From Glaucostegus cemiculus (lineage: Eukaryota), in NCBI GenBank assembly GCA_976551045.1, contig CDPCPM010000114.1, forward strand, positions 11,346,001 to 11,410,000: a DNA stretch of 64,000 nucleotides, given 5' to 3'. The notes under the pieces were generated by a model that was given only the letters and a program-made list of their open reading frames with translations, was not told the DNA's origin and did not search any database. Positions 12,950-25,960 of this stretch are shown here, piece by piece. Within the stretch, counting starts at the first letter, position 1, and the number at the start of each line of letters is the position of its first letter. Made by a program: the position numbers and the translations under genes.

Positions 12950-14490
12950 CCATGGTGACGGGAGACTTAGTTGTAAGGAGAACTGTTTCTGCAGCTGCAA
13001 ATGCAACTCCTGGATGGCATGTTGCCTCCTGCAGCTAGGATCAAGAATATTATTGAGTGGCTGTGGAACATTCTGGAAGGAGGCAGGTGAACAGCCAGTG
13101 GTTGTAGTGCAGATTAGAACAGATTGGTGCAAATGATGTACAAGTATGACGTCCTGCAAACTGAATGCAGGGAGTTAGGAAATAAATTAGGAAGCAGGAC
13201 CTTACTTACAATAATCTCAGATTACTCCCAGTTGCATGTGCAAGTGACAGCAGAAATAAGAGGCTAGATGAGACAAAAGTGTGGCTGGAGGATGATGTAA
13301 GAAGGCGGGATTTAGATTCTAAGGCATCGGGACCAGATCTGGGGAAAATGGGACTTCTGTAAACTGGATGGATAACCCCCACAGAGGACCGGGACTGATA
13401 TCCTCTCCTGTATTTGCTAGTACTGTTGGCGTACTTTAAACTGCAATGGTATGGGGTGGGTACCTGAGCAGGGAATTAGAAGACTGGGTAACAAGAGGAA
13501 AATAGAAAGCAAAAGAGAAGACAGGGGAAAGAAGGGTGAGAAACAAATAGAAAATATTGCTACAACAGACCAGAGAGATGGGTTTGGTGTCAGGAATGAT
13601 GGTAAAAAGATAATATTAAGAACCCTACTTCTGAATACATATAATATCTGAAACAAAATTAATTTTTAAAAAAGCAGCACAGCGAGAGATAAATAAATAT
13701 GATCTGATAGCTGTGGTTACAAGGAGTTCAAAGCTGGAAACTCAATATTCAGGAACATTTGACTTTTAAGCAGGAAGTGAAAGGTGATGAGGTAGCTCTG
13801 CTAATAAGGGATGAAATAAGTTTGGTAATGTGAACTGATGTAAGCTCAGAAGCTGAAGAGTCCATTTGGGTGGTGGTAAAAGCTAGCAAGGGAAAGAAGA
13901 CACTGGTTGGAATAACGTAGAGGCCCCTCATGGGAGAGTCTAGGATAAAGGGAATAGTCGCAGAAAAAGAGGTTGTCCTTTCAGACAGAGATGAGGATTC
14001 TGTTTCTCTCAAAGGGTTGTGAGTTTTTAGAATTTCTTGTCCCAGAAATCTGTGGAGGGAGAATCATCAAATATATTCAAAGCTGAGATAAATAGTTGTG
14101 TAATCAGTAAGGGAATCACAGATGGTGGGGATCGGGCAGGAATGTGAACTTGAGGAAAGTTGGATGAATCATGACCTTATTGAATGGTGGAGCCCAAAGG
14201 GCTGAATTTTAAATTTAAATTTTTAAAGTTTTATTTACAGCGTGGTAACAGGCCCTTTCGGCCCAACGAGTCCGCACTGCCCATTTTAAACCCCCTACCC
14301 GTACGTCTTTAGAATGTGGGAGGAAACCAGAGCACCCGGAGGAAACCCACGCAGACACAGGAGAACGTACAAACTCCTTACAGTCAGCAACGGGAATCGA
14401 ACCCCGATCACTGGCACTGTAACAGCGTCGTGCTAACCGCTACGCTATCGTGCCGCCCAATGGCCTCCTCCTTTTCCCATTTCTTATTTA
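12950..14490 (+). mobile_element. CR1 with ORF1 esterase remnant, APE start, large internal deletion and 3' end; interrupted by a SINE
   Basis: MACCLL.. and GEQPVVVVQIRTD match the CR1 ORF1 SGNH motif GEQPxVVVHIGTND. LLLNTYNI matches LYLNARSI. The sequence jumps to the ORF2 end near 13980. Confidence 0.7.
14208..14458 (-). mobile_element. full-length young V-SINE with CR1-type tail
   Basis: A/B-box head, V core (gtacgttctcctgtgtctgcgtgggtttcctccgggtgctctggtttcctcccacattctaaagac), tail gggccgaaagggcctgttaccacgctgtaaataaaa plus AT-rich repeat; flanked by AAT on both sides. Confidence 0.9.
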
Positions 14491-17400
14491 TATTAAATTT
14501 CCCAGTTGTCATCTATTTATAACTTGCACTTATTGGCCAAGACTAAATCACATGTGGTTAAGGTAGTCCAGATAAAGTGTCAACACAAGGTGATGTGTAA
14601 TGTGCAAGAGAGCCACAGAATAAGGTATTAATCGTGGAGAATAATGTTGTTGAATGGAAGTCCTAAAGCTATTAACCTCTGATTTTTAAGCATTTAGAAT
14701 GCTTTGTCAGAAAACCTGCAGCAGTAAGAAGAGCTTTTCAACAGTGTCTCGATTCATTATGGTGGTGGACATGTACCAAGTATTTATTTTATAAGTTTTA
14801 AATGGCTACTAAAGTTAAAACACAATGAAACATAATGTGCTGTGGGCAGTGGCCAACACAGCAACATCCATGTACTGCATCAAGATACAGTATCTTCCCT
14901 AGTTCCTTTCTAATTATATTTTGAATGTGATAGTTAGCTGTTACTTCAGTGGTCTGTGCTAATGATATTTATTGTCATGGTAGTTAATGAGTGGTTTTCG
15001 TTATTGAGAAACCAACAAGTACCTTTGATCTTGAAATAAGGTAAAGCTATTAGATGGCAAAAGGATAGATGAAATATGGCTTTTTCCCTGCAGTTTGGCC
15101 ATTGACATATATTATTTAAACATTAAGGAACATTAATTCCTTTTATTTTTCAAATAAATGGGTTGATGGAAAGATCTCGTTCAACTACATGTGATGTATT
15201 GCAGCACTGTATTATGTGATGTAATACAGTGATGTATTGAAACCCAGTGATACATTTAACAATTAATGGGCCACTTGTTCATTTGTCTTGCTCCTGCATA
15301 AAAAACAATAAATAAACTGTCTTGAAAAACATGTAATTAATTATTTGCTCCGTGAAGGAACATTGACTAATTTTGCAGAGGTCACGTGTTACCCTGTTAA
15401 ATGATCTAGGGACTGGGAAATTAAGTACTGTGATTACTTTCTGGACCACTGCAAGCATTTACTCATTTCTTGGGCAGATTGAAGCAAAGATTCCCCATGA
15501 CTTCTGTCCTAAACCTATTTTTTTTAATGAAAAAGATCTTGTGTCTCTGTATACCATTGGGTTCTTTTGCCGAAAAATTCAATTCAATGGAAGTCAGCAG
15601 AAAGATGCTGAGAATTATGTCCTGATGCACTTTGTTCTAAAATGATTCAGAACACTAACTCGGTTTCTCTTTCCACAGATACTGCCTGGCTTGCTGAGTA
15701 TTTCCATCAATTTCTGGTTTTATTTTAGTGTTGATACCAATCTGGAGCACATGTAATGTAAATGAAGAAGAATGAATTTCTAGGCATTCTTGCAATGTTG
15801 TCCTTTGAATTTGTCTTATTTGTCTTCCTGCCGATCACTATTCTCTTCCTCTCCAACAAATGATGTTAAGAGGGCATTTCCCTTTAGAAAATATGGTTTT
15901 GCTGCTATAGAGAATAATAACAAATCTTCAAAATTTAAAAAAATCTCAAAGCTCCAAGGGAAACTTGGAAAATTGTTTAAAGTAAATAGCTATCTAAAGA
16001 TTTAACCACAAACACAACAGCTTAATAAACCAGTAGCAATTCACTTCAGGATCTTGTCAAAACTTCCATTAAATAATGCATTGTGAAATGTTTTACGGAG
16101 ACTTTCATTAGAGGGTGTGTGCAAGGTCAAAGCAACTAAACTTGGGGACAGATAATGCAGATTCATTGTTTGGTGGATGAACTTCTTTCTCCTTCCTGGT
16201 ACAATCTAAGGTTGGGGTTGGAATCCAGTTTATCCATATTTGGCCCTAAATTTCAACAATCAATCTCCCACATTTTAGGTAGCGAATTGAGATTTTGGTT
16301 TTGAAATTGCATTATGTTTCTGACCTGAAGATTTACTTCACCCATTTTGTGTAAAATTCATTCATTAGTTGTGTGGCTAGAAGCAGCAAATTGTAAATGA
16401 GTATGTGAATGGGCAACATTTTCGCAGATGGACCTTGAAGTGGAAAATTGCAAAGTAATTTACTTTTGGTTTGTAGAAAGACAACAAATATTTTCTCAGA
16501 ATTTAAAAATCAAGTGGTAATTCTACATGACTGATCAAAGTCAGTGGATGTAGCAAAAGATCACATTTACTTGCAAACTCACAGCAATGCACATATCAAT
16601 GTCACCATTCAAAATGCACATGTGCATCTTCCATCTCTCACATATAAGTGCATGCGCACACATCACTTCCAGCTAATAGTGGCATATCACATTTACACAC
16701 ATGTACACCTTTCCTTCCTTCTTGCAGAAAAAGGTGGCAAATGAAGATGATTAATAAATGGCCGGGAGGCTGAGAAATTCAAGCTGCAAGTCTCAGTCTA
16801 GGCATGAATGCATGACTGATGCTCTGTCTGCACCATGTCTGAAATATACATTGCATCTCAGACAGGTGGAGGTCAGAGCATTCCTTTCAGATTAGTCCTC
16901 CTGACCATAGTGCTCTATTTTTAGTCCCTGCCTCCCTAGTGTCCCCTGGTTGGAGGTGCATCGTCAGCCCCTCAATACCTACTCCTGGTCATGCTGAGGA
17001 CCCAGCAGATCTCTGCTTTAGAGCACCCCTTTTTTGTAACAAATGGGTTTACCTAAAAAATGTTCAGAATGCAACAAAACTCCTGTCGCTCCAAACTTTT
17101 GCCAGACTGAATTCAATAAATTCTGCCCAATTAATTTCCCCACAAATTTGCAAACACTTGAAGATACCTTTACATAGCAAATAATATTCCTTACTGTTTA
17201 AATTTGATTGCCTGTGTGGTCCAGGTCATGTAGAAATAGTGTATGCATATAAATGCTTTACAGTGGGGGTATGAACAAAGCATTGCTGTCACCCCACATA
17301 TTCTGTGTGCTGCAGGCGTACATGGTTGAGTTCTACAGAACCAAGCAACCAAGTATTTCATTAGAAGCAAGGTGTAATGTAAGGTATGAATCATATTTTG

Positions 17401-20400
17401 CAATTGATTTTATGCTACATTTCAGTCCTGTAGTACTTCAAAAAACATGACATTTCTGAATGAATTTCAATGCCCAGGCATCATTAAAATTTTCAAGATT
17501 TTGATAATATATTGAAGATAAACAACAAAGATGGTGAGTTAAATTGGCAACTGATGAGGCATTATCTGACTGAACCATGGTGAAAACTTGTGATTCTCAA
17601 TATTTGACTTATGTCCCTGTGTTTCTTTTTACTGAATAGGAACTAACTAAACAATAGCATCTGAATAAATCTCATGTTTTTACTTTACACCTGTTTATTT
17701 AAATTCACCTTTGGTGTACTTAGCTATTAGGATATTTTGTGCCACTAAAATATTCTAATTGATACAAGTAATGGCTGCATTGTGGTTCCACTATGACAGG
17801 GTGAAATGTGATTATTGTATTTAGGAAGTGGGTTGACAAGTGTTAGATTGGGAGAATTTGTTGACAATAATTCTGAGTCTACATTAATAATGCTGAGTGA
17901 AACTCGATACAGAGAAGCTAAAAACCTGCTTGAAGCAAAATTGGGGTGAAAGACGTTAAATGTAATTGCACATTGTGGGAGGATTTTCATCACAATAAAA
18001 ACAACAAAATTTGCATCCAATCAGGTCTGTCCAAAATCAAAATATGTGATGTATTCAACCTAGTTCCATTATTTGCAAAGGATCCAATATATCCTTAAAG
18101 TATCATAGAGTACTTTAACAACTAATAAAGTATCTTTAAAGTGCAAATACTATTCAATTATCCATGTATTGGTCCTTAATGAAGAGTTTGTTTCTTATGA
18201 TAGAATACTTTATAGGTGACTATTATTATGCAATTAGTTAAGAGTTTTTCTTTATCCCCTCCAGTTATAAATACAGCGGTTGGTTTGATTACATAAGAAC
18301 TCACAAACCACTAATTAGATGAATGACCAACTGATACATTTGATGTGAAGCTTAAAGGAGGAATATTGGAAAATCTTTCAACAGTGATTATGCACTCAGA
18401 ACCTGAAGTGAAGTTGAAATCCACCACTTCCTAACTGCAAGTCAAGAATATCCCTTGTTTAACCGAATCAGCTCAAACCCATTTATTATCAAAGGGTTCA
18501 ACCTTTATCAATTTGTTGCTGACTCAGTGAAAGCAGACTCAGTTAATTGCACAGGAACACAGCCAGAGAAATATGGTCAGCTTGATAAATTGCATAGTTT
18601 TGTTTGTCCTGGACTCTTCCTACTGGAATTGGACACATAATGTGTGGCAATAACTGAACCTCTGATGACACCAAAATGGTGAGACAAAAATAAATAAGTT
18701 TTCAGAAATGACACCTGAAGCTTATTCTTGAAGCAGTGTGGATGGTATATTAATTTCCATCTAATCACACTGTTTCTTGTCTGGAAGCTTTTCATATAGT
18801 CAGTGGGGTGGGGGGGTTACGAGAAATGTATTTGATTTCCCAGTGCTCATAACACTTCAATTAACAAAAAACATTCATAAAAAATCCAAAACTATCAAAT
18901 AAATGCAGCACTGTTTAACTCTATCATATTCTCTTATCTCTGGTTTCTATGGGATCTGATTAATGTTCCCATGACATATCTACCTGAACATGCTTAACAA
19001 TTGGAATGATTTCCCTTAGTATTTCTATTGTGCTTCAGATGTAAACCCTGGCTCTTTACAGCACTGATAGAATTTAAAATAAGTAACTGGACATCCTTGA
19101 ATCTTCTGGTGTTCCAAAATGATTTGCTACTTCCGGACCCTCGAAATATGTATATTCTATTTACGTTTTCACTTTACAGTGCAAAACTACATTTCCAACA
19201 CGTATATTCCACTAAAAACAGTGAGCAATCAGACACTCCTTTCCTCACTTTGACATCTCACATTGACATGCCAGCCAAAAACAGAATTTTAGCATGAACA
19301 TATATCACTACTCAATACCATGCGGCCTGGGTCACCTAGTTTCAGTGCCTGTATATTCTCCTAAATGCTGATTTAGATAATGAATGTAGTAACTTTACAG
19401 TTCTGGGGAAATGTTATGTGCTTGCTGAAACTTGGCCATTTGTGGATAGAACACTTTTCCCAAACAGTCAGCAAAGTCCTCAGTCAATTTGCTACTTTTT
19501 TTTAAATCAGAAAAGGTTATTTCCAATTCTGAGCTCTAGTCCTATATGAAACAGCTGAATTTTAATAAGCTCTGAAGGAGTAATTCATCTCATTAAAAGT
19601 CACTTGAATGTGGCATTTCCTACCAATCACCAATATGGGTGCACAATTACCACAGGAATTGCTGCAGTTTAAAGTGGCTTGCCATTGTTAACAAGTCAAA
19701 TAGAGGTGGATGTCATTGCAACAAATGATTTTCAATTTAGCCCAATTAAAATACATGGCCAGTTTAATAGTATAATCGCTGAGCCACCAGTCACTGCTGA
19801 TTAAATTTCCGTGTGAAAATTAATGAACACACAATGAGAAAACAAAACTAAATATTTATGATATTATTTAATTAGCGTTAAGGCATTAACTTTGAGTTTA
19901 CATAACCACATTTGCCTTTTAAATTACATCAACCTATGTTGGCTGAACAAATCCATAATCCATTGTTTGAATCTGTCTTCATACCAATAACGTAAGTAAC
20001 TTCTCAACAACAGTTCACAGCTTTATTCCAAGTAGAATCAAGTTTTGCAATTTCAATACACGTTAGTAGGTAAGTAACAGATTAGTTAAGCTAATCACAA
20101 AGAGACAGGTTGGATATATTATTGTAACATTCAACTAAGAAGGTGGTTCCATGTTGATTTCTGGAAAAGTGTTTTTGTTTTAAAACTGCTTTGGGGATTT
20201 TTAAAGAGGTAAATTAAAATTCACCAGTTAGTTTGGTGTGCTGCTTTGAGTCAATTAAAGAGTTAACTTCAGAGGTAATGCCAAGCAGTCTGGATATTCA
20301 CTCATGCTTTGTGCACCAGAGTTGACTCTTGCCCAGATTCCCCAGAACTATGCCAAAGAAATCATCTGCATCAGATCAATCCACAGTGCAAGATCTGAGG

Positions 20401-20869
20401 CCTCCTATTGATGGTAGGGCCAAGATTTTGGAGGGGAAGGGGAAGATAAGTTAGATTTTAAAGATTATTTCCCATTAGTTTAATGTTTTTAACTATTTAT
20501 CTGTTTTAAATAACAACTTTATTTTTTAAAAATACATTTATTTTTCTCAGCACTTCCATTTTTATAGGTTATTATTTGTACCTGAATATCAGAGACATTT
20601 AAATATTAATGTCAATAGCAGCTTTTTACAGCCAACAAAGCCCCAAACCTAATTTTACCAGCTATCAAAAGCTGTGAAAGTTATTTTTCAACCAGGCCCT
20701 CCTCACTGTGCTACTAGAGTCCCTATTGCTGTCCCAGTCACACAACTGGATTTCGTGGTGCAGATGGCCAGTGAGAGCTGTACTGGTGTGGGTGGACTAC
20801 AAACATAATTCTGGCTGAGGGAAGTGGGGGAGGCAGGCCAGCACACTATCAGTGTCAAAAATTGAACAA

Positions 20870-22302
20870 TGATAGAACCATAGAACAATACAGGACAAAA
20901 CAGGCCCTTCGGCCCACCAAGTTGTGCCATCCTTCAAATGTCACACGATCTAACTCTTTCCTCCCATATATCCCTCTATTCCACATCCCTCCATGTGCCT
21001 ATCTAACAATCTCTTGAATCTGTCCAACGTATCAGCCTCTACCACCACCCCAGGCAGCACATTCCATGCGCCAACCACTCTCTAGGTGAAAAACTTCCCT
21101 CTGACATCTCCCCTGAACTTTCCACCCAATATCTTAAAGCCACGCCCTCTCATCTTGAGCATCTGTGCTCTGGGAAAGAGGCGCAGGCTGTCAACTCTAT
21201 CTATTCCTCTCAATATCTTATACACCTCTATCAAGTCCCCTCTCATCCTCCTCCTCTCCAATGAGTAAAGCCCTAGCACCTTAAGCCTCTCCTCATATTC
21301 CATACCCTCTAATCCAGGCATCATCCTGGTAAATCGCCTCTGTACCCTCTCCAATGCCTCCACATTCTTCCTATAATGCGGCGACCAGAACTGAACACAA
21401 TGCTCTAAGTGCGGTCTAACTAGAGTTTTGTAAAGCAGCATCATCACCTCTCTGCTCTTGAACTCAATCCCACGATTTATAAAAGCTAACATCCCATAAG
21501 CCTTCTTAACTGCCCTATCCACCTACGAGGCAACTTTGAGTGAACTGTGGATATGAACCCCCAGATCCCTCTGCTCCTCTACACTGCCAAGTACCTTGCC
21601 ATTTACCTCATACTCTGCCCTGGAGTTCGTCCTACCAAAGTGCACCACCTCACACTTCTCCAGATTAAACTCCATCTGCCACCTGTCCGCCCAGTTCTGC
21701 ATCCTATCAATATCCCTCTGTAAGCTCTGACAGTCCTCCACACCATCCACCACACCACAGATCTTGGTGTCATCTGCAAACTTACCAACCCATCCTTCCA
21801 CTCCTTCATCTAAGTCATCTATAAATATAACAAAGAGTAGAGGTCCCAGAACCGATCCCTGTGGGACACCACTAGTCACAGTCCTCCAATCTGAGGGCAC
21901 TCCATCCACCACAACCCTCTGCTTTCTGCAGGCAAGCCAATTCCTGATCCACACAGCCAATCTCCCCTGGATGCTTTGACCTCTGACCTTCTGAAGAAGC
22001 CTACCATGAGGAACCTTATCGAACGCCTTACTAAAATCCATATAGACCACATCCACTGCACTGCCCTCATCAATCTTCCTCGTCACCTCCTCAAAGAATT
22101 CTATCAGGCTCGTGAGGTAAGATCTTCCCTCCTCAAAGCCATGCTGACTGCCCCTAATCAGTCCATGACTCTCCAGGTGTTCATAGATCCTATCCATCAG
22201 AATCCTTTCTAACAGCTTACCCACCACAGACGTGAGACTCAGCGGTCTGTAATTCCCCGGACTATCCCTACTACCTTTCTTAAACAAGGGAACAACATCT
22301 GT
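20870..22302 (-). mobile_element. young CR1 LINE, 5'-truncated, RT nearly intact
   Basis: One continuous frame NYRPLSLTS..DFSKAFDKV..GVPQGSVLGPLLF..FADDTK..RGDLIEVYK, broken by in-frame TAGs at 21523 and 21082; tail ttctatggttctatc. Confidence 0.97.
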
Positions 22303-24109
22303 TACCCGCATGATCCCATGTATAAAAATATAATACCTATTTGTCACACCATAACTGGTGACATTACTTCAAAGAATCATGGGATTTTCAGACCTGTTTC
22401 CAGATCACAAACAGTATTTTCATCACAGCACCACATCTCTATTTTTCAGCAGGACCTTGCTATTCCGAAGTTTTGTTTCATTTTCAATGATTTTATTACC
22501 AGGCTAAAAGCTCATTTCTGGCAGAATGCCCAAACTGTAAGCTTTAAGCCTGTTTAATTCTGTGGTGAGACTGCTAAATGTCCTGACTGTTCATTCATAC
22601 CTTAATTGGAGATCAATCTACTATGGATTGAGCTGTTACCAATTTACATCTGTTGGAGAAGTTCATTAAAACTCTATTAACTATAATTTATTCAGTGCTT
22701 CAAAAATGTAGAAGTTTATTGAAGCCATGTGTTCTGATTCAACTTTGGCGATCTTACTTGATTTGGAATCCATTTTTTTTAACCTATTACATTTGTGAAA
22801 ATCCAGAAGACTTTCCAATATTATGGGCATTTTTGATATCTTTTAGAATGAAATAATGTTCAATAACATTTGGTACAAGTTATCAAGTGTATTGTATGTT
22901 GTGTCATTTCCTCAAATAAAGTGTGCTGTATTGGAAATTGTACCTGCAAACTTATTTCCTTTTGGAAAGAGCAAAATGATGCAAGAGTTTTATTCTTTGA
23001 TTGCCAAATCTTTCCAAAATTCATGAATGGGCCAGATGATGTTGGCCCAGACCCCCCAACCCAGAACACTGTCCAAAATCCTCTCACACACAGCCTACAT
23101 GGGCCTGATGTAATTGCCCCATCTTGGTGGCCCTCCTGCAGATAAGTGCAATATATGGGTGGATGACAGAGAGCAATTCAGGGCTGGGGTACAGTGATAG
23201 GGGAAGCAAGCAAGCTGAATGTCAAAACTGAACTGGGATCCCATGTGGGTTACCCACCAGACCACTGGAGATCATGTCACTTCAAAGAATCCTGGGATAA
23301 GCAAACTAGTTTCCAGATCGCTGACAGTAACTATATTACAAAAACACATCTGGCTATTTCAGCAAGAACTTGCTGAAGCAACAAGGTCTGGATAGCAACT
23401 AGGCTTTGGAAGGACAGTCATTTTCTGGGTATCATGGTGAAATGGAATCTCAATGTTAATGCTCTCTGCAGCCATTAAAACCTGCAGCTTCACAATGGAG
23501 GAGTAAATCCTGTGGTGGGTCAATGCACCATCATGTCATCTCTCTAGCCAGAGGGACATCCCATTCAATTTCCTGTACCCAAAATCCAAAGTCTGAAGAT
23601 CAACTCTTAAGGCTGCCTCTCCATCACTGTCTCATCTACCAACTCATTAATCTGATTCTGAATTTAACACACAGCAATGTCTCCATATTAGCAATACCAT
23701 GCATTGAGATAATTTATCCTGTGATGGAAATTGGGTGAGTTATTTCTTACCCTTTGATGTGGAGTTCAATGGCTCTGTAGCAAGCTCAGAAATAATGAGA
23801 ATAGCAAAGTGCAGACAACATTTGTCTCCCAAACCATCTGATTTGTTTAAAAATAATATTTTTAGTACTTAGCAGAGAGATTAGACATTTTACCAGGGCC
23901 ATCATTGTTCACTATGTTTATAGCTGATATTAACTTAAACAATCAGTTTCAAGGGATCTCATGATCCATTTTATTCATAATAAGCTGAATAATTCTTTGC
24001 TAATTCATTCATCTATCAGGGCTGATAAATTAACACAGTTGATTGGAATGGTAAATTATCCTTGATGGCAACAACTGAATACAATGAAGCAATTCTCCTT
24101 TTATGCTGA

Positions 24110-24700
24110 ATGATGCAATAAGCATGGGTGCTGTAGGTCAACAATAAAGTGGTTTTGTGATCATTTTTACAGTTGTAAAGGGCATTGGTTAAATCATATC
24201 TGAGATACTATGCACATTATTGGTTTCCTTCTTTAAGGAAGGCTGTTAATGCATTTGAAACAATGCAGAGAAGGTTACTGGACAACTTCTTGTTATGAAC
24301 AGGTTTCTTGTGAGGAAAAATTGGATAGGCTGGGCATGTATCTGCTCTTGTTTTGAGCGGGGAATTTGATTCAAACATTTCAGATCCAGAGGAGTCTTGA
24401 CAGGGTGAATGTAAAGACAGTGTTTCCTCTTGTGGGATCATCTGGAACAAAGGGCCAATGTTTAAAAGTAGGGGATCACACTTTTAAGACAGAGATGAGG
24501 GATTTTTTTCCCTCAGAGGCTAGAGTGTTTTGGAACTCTAGTCCTCAAAGAGTGGTGGGACGCAGATGGATTCTTGATGAGGGGATAAAAGGTTATCGCA
24601 TATAGATAACAAAGTAGAGTTAAGGTTACAATCAGTCCAGGCATGATCTTGTACAATGGCAGAGCAAACACAGGAAGCTACATTCATATGTTCCTATTTA
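24110..24700 (+). mobile_element. degraded CR1 3' fragment
   Basis: IQTFQIQRSLDRVNVKTVFPLVGSSGTKGQCLKV..FKTEMRDFF. Confidence 0.75.
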
Positions 24701-25049
24701 CACTCTCAGCCAAGGCACTTGCAGTATAGAGCACTTCTGAGTGTAAGACTTGTCTGCTTGCTTCCATCTTTCATGAATCTTTCAGGCATCTGGGCATAGT
24801 AATGCTGCCTATGACTGACAGCAGTGGTTATGCTTGGAGAATAGTGGCCATGGAACAATCACATTTTGACGAGGTCCAATGTCTACTAAGAAATAATGGC
24901 AATAGTGTTGTGAAAGATCAATTAGCTCGACACTGTTGTATGTATCATGGCTGCGGTAGAAAGGTGGAGTGGAGTGTTAAATGGTACAGGGTATAATATT
25001 GTTTCCAATTACACTTCCAGAGAGAGCCTCCCTCCAATTGTGCATCATA

Positions 25050-25960
25050 TGATTCTCTTTCACTGGCACACTCCCAATGTTGACTCTCCTCTTCCTCTTT
25101 AGGCTTGCCCTCCTCCTTCTGCTCATCCACTTGGACATGGGCTGAGCTCTCCATGTGACTTTATTGTGCAGCAGAAGTCAACTGAGTACAAAGGCCTGTT
25201 TGGGGTATATTGTGGCATAATGCTAGATGGCACAGGGAAGGGAATCTGATTTTGATAGACGCATGACAATCTCTACTAGGTACCATGGCTTTCATTGTAC
25301 TGACACACAGCTGGAGTTGATGGAACACAAGAAGATCAGAGCCAGGGATCTGACCAGATCCAACCATTTGGGTCCTGCTGACCTTGGTTGGTGAAGAGGA
25401 CTCCCAAAGGGGGAAAAAAGTCGTGAGCTTTCTAGATACTGAGGGTTGACCACTAGAATCTGTCTTCATAAACATCATAGCTCAGGAGTTCTGTGATTCA
25501 TGAAGAGTTCTGGGTTCTGAAAAGTCGCCAGAAGTGCCACATGAATACAAACTATTGCCGGCTGCACTTTGGGAATGCATGCAATGAAGGCAAATCCATA
25601 TTCTTGCTTAACCCTAGCAACAGCAGAGGCCTGTTTCTTCTGGAGTAGAGATCATCAATAATCTCCTTAATAGTGTGGCTAGAAGAAAGTTTAGGTATGG
25701 TGCAGATCATTAGGAATGATCCCAAGGCTAGGAAGTTGAATGTGACCATAATCATGGTCCCAATATAGCCCAGATACAGGAACATAGCTAGAGGTCAGGC
25801 CACAGAGTGTGACCTGTCTCTTTAGCAATTACTTTGAAAAACATTGCAGATATTTCTGTTTGGAGAGGTTGGGATCGGAGCAGATTTCTCTTTAGATGCA
25901 AAAAATACAGTCTTTGGACATGGGTACTTCAGCACTATCTCCCTCAGGGCCCCAGAGCTT
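25050..25960 (-). mobile_element. fossil PIF/Harbinger (HARBI1-like) DDE transposase, frameshifted
   Basis: Colinear motifs across frames: VTFNFLALGSF..IKEIIDDLYSR; GFAFIACIPKVQPAIVCIHVAL (compare GF..IAGFP.VQGAIDCTHVA); ELFMNHR; HDFF; QYNESHGT; IKIRF; QYTPNR..FCC; then an acidic EEEE tail. Confidence 0.75.

Noticed and set aside
15190-15252. Repeated gtgatgta words
   Set aside because: Irregular spacing and a short unit; a decayed simple repeat, not a CRISPR-like or regular array.
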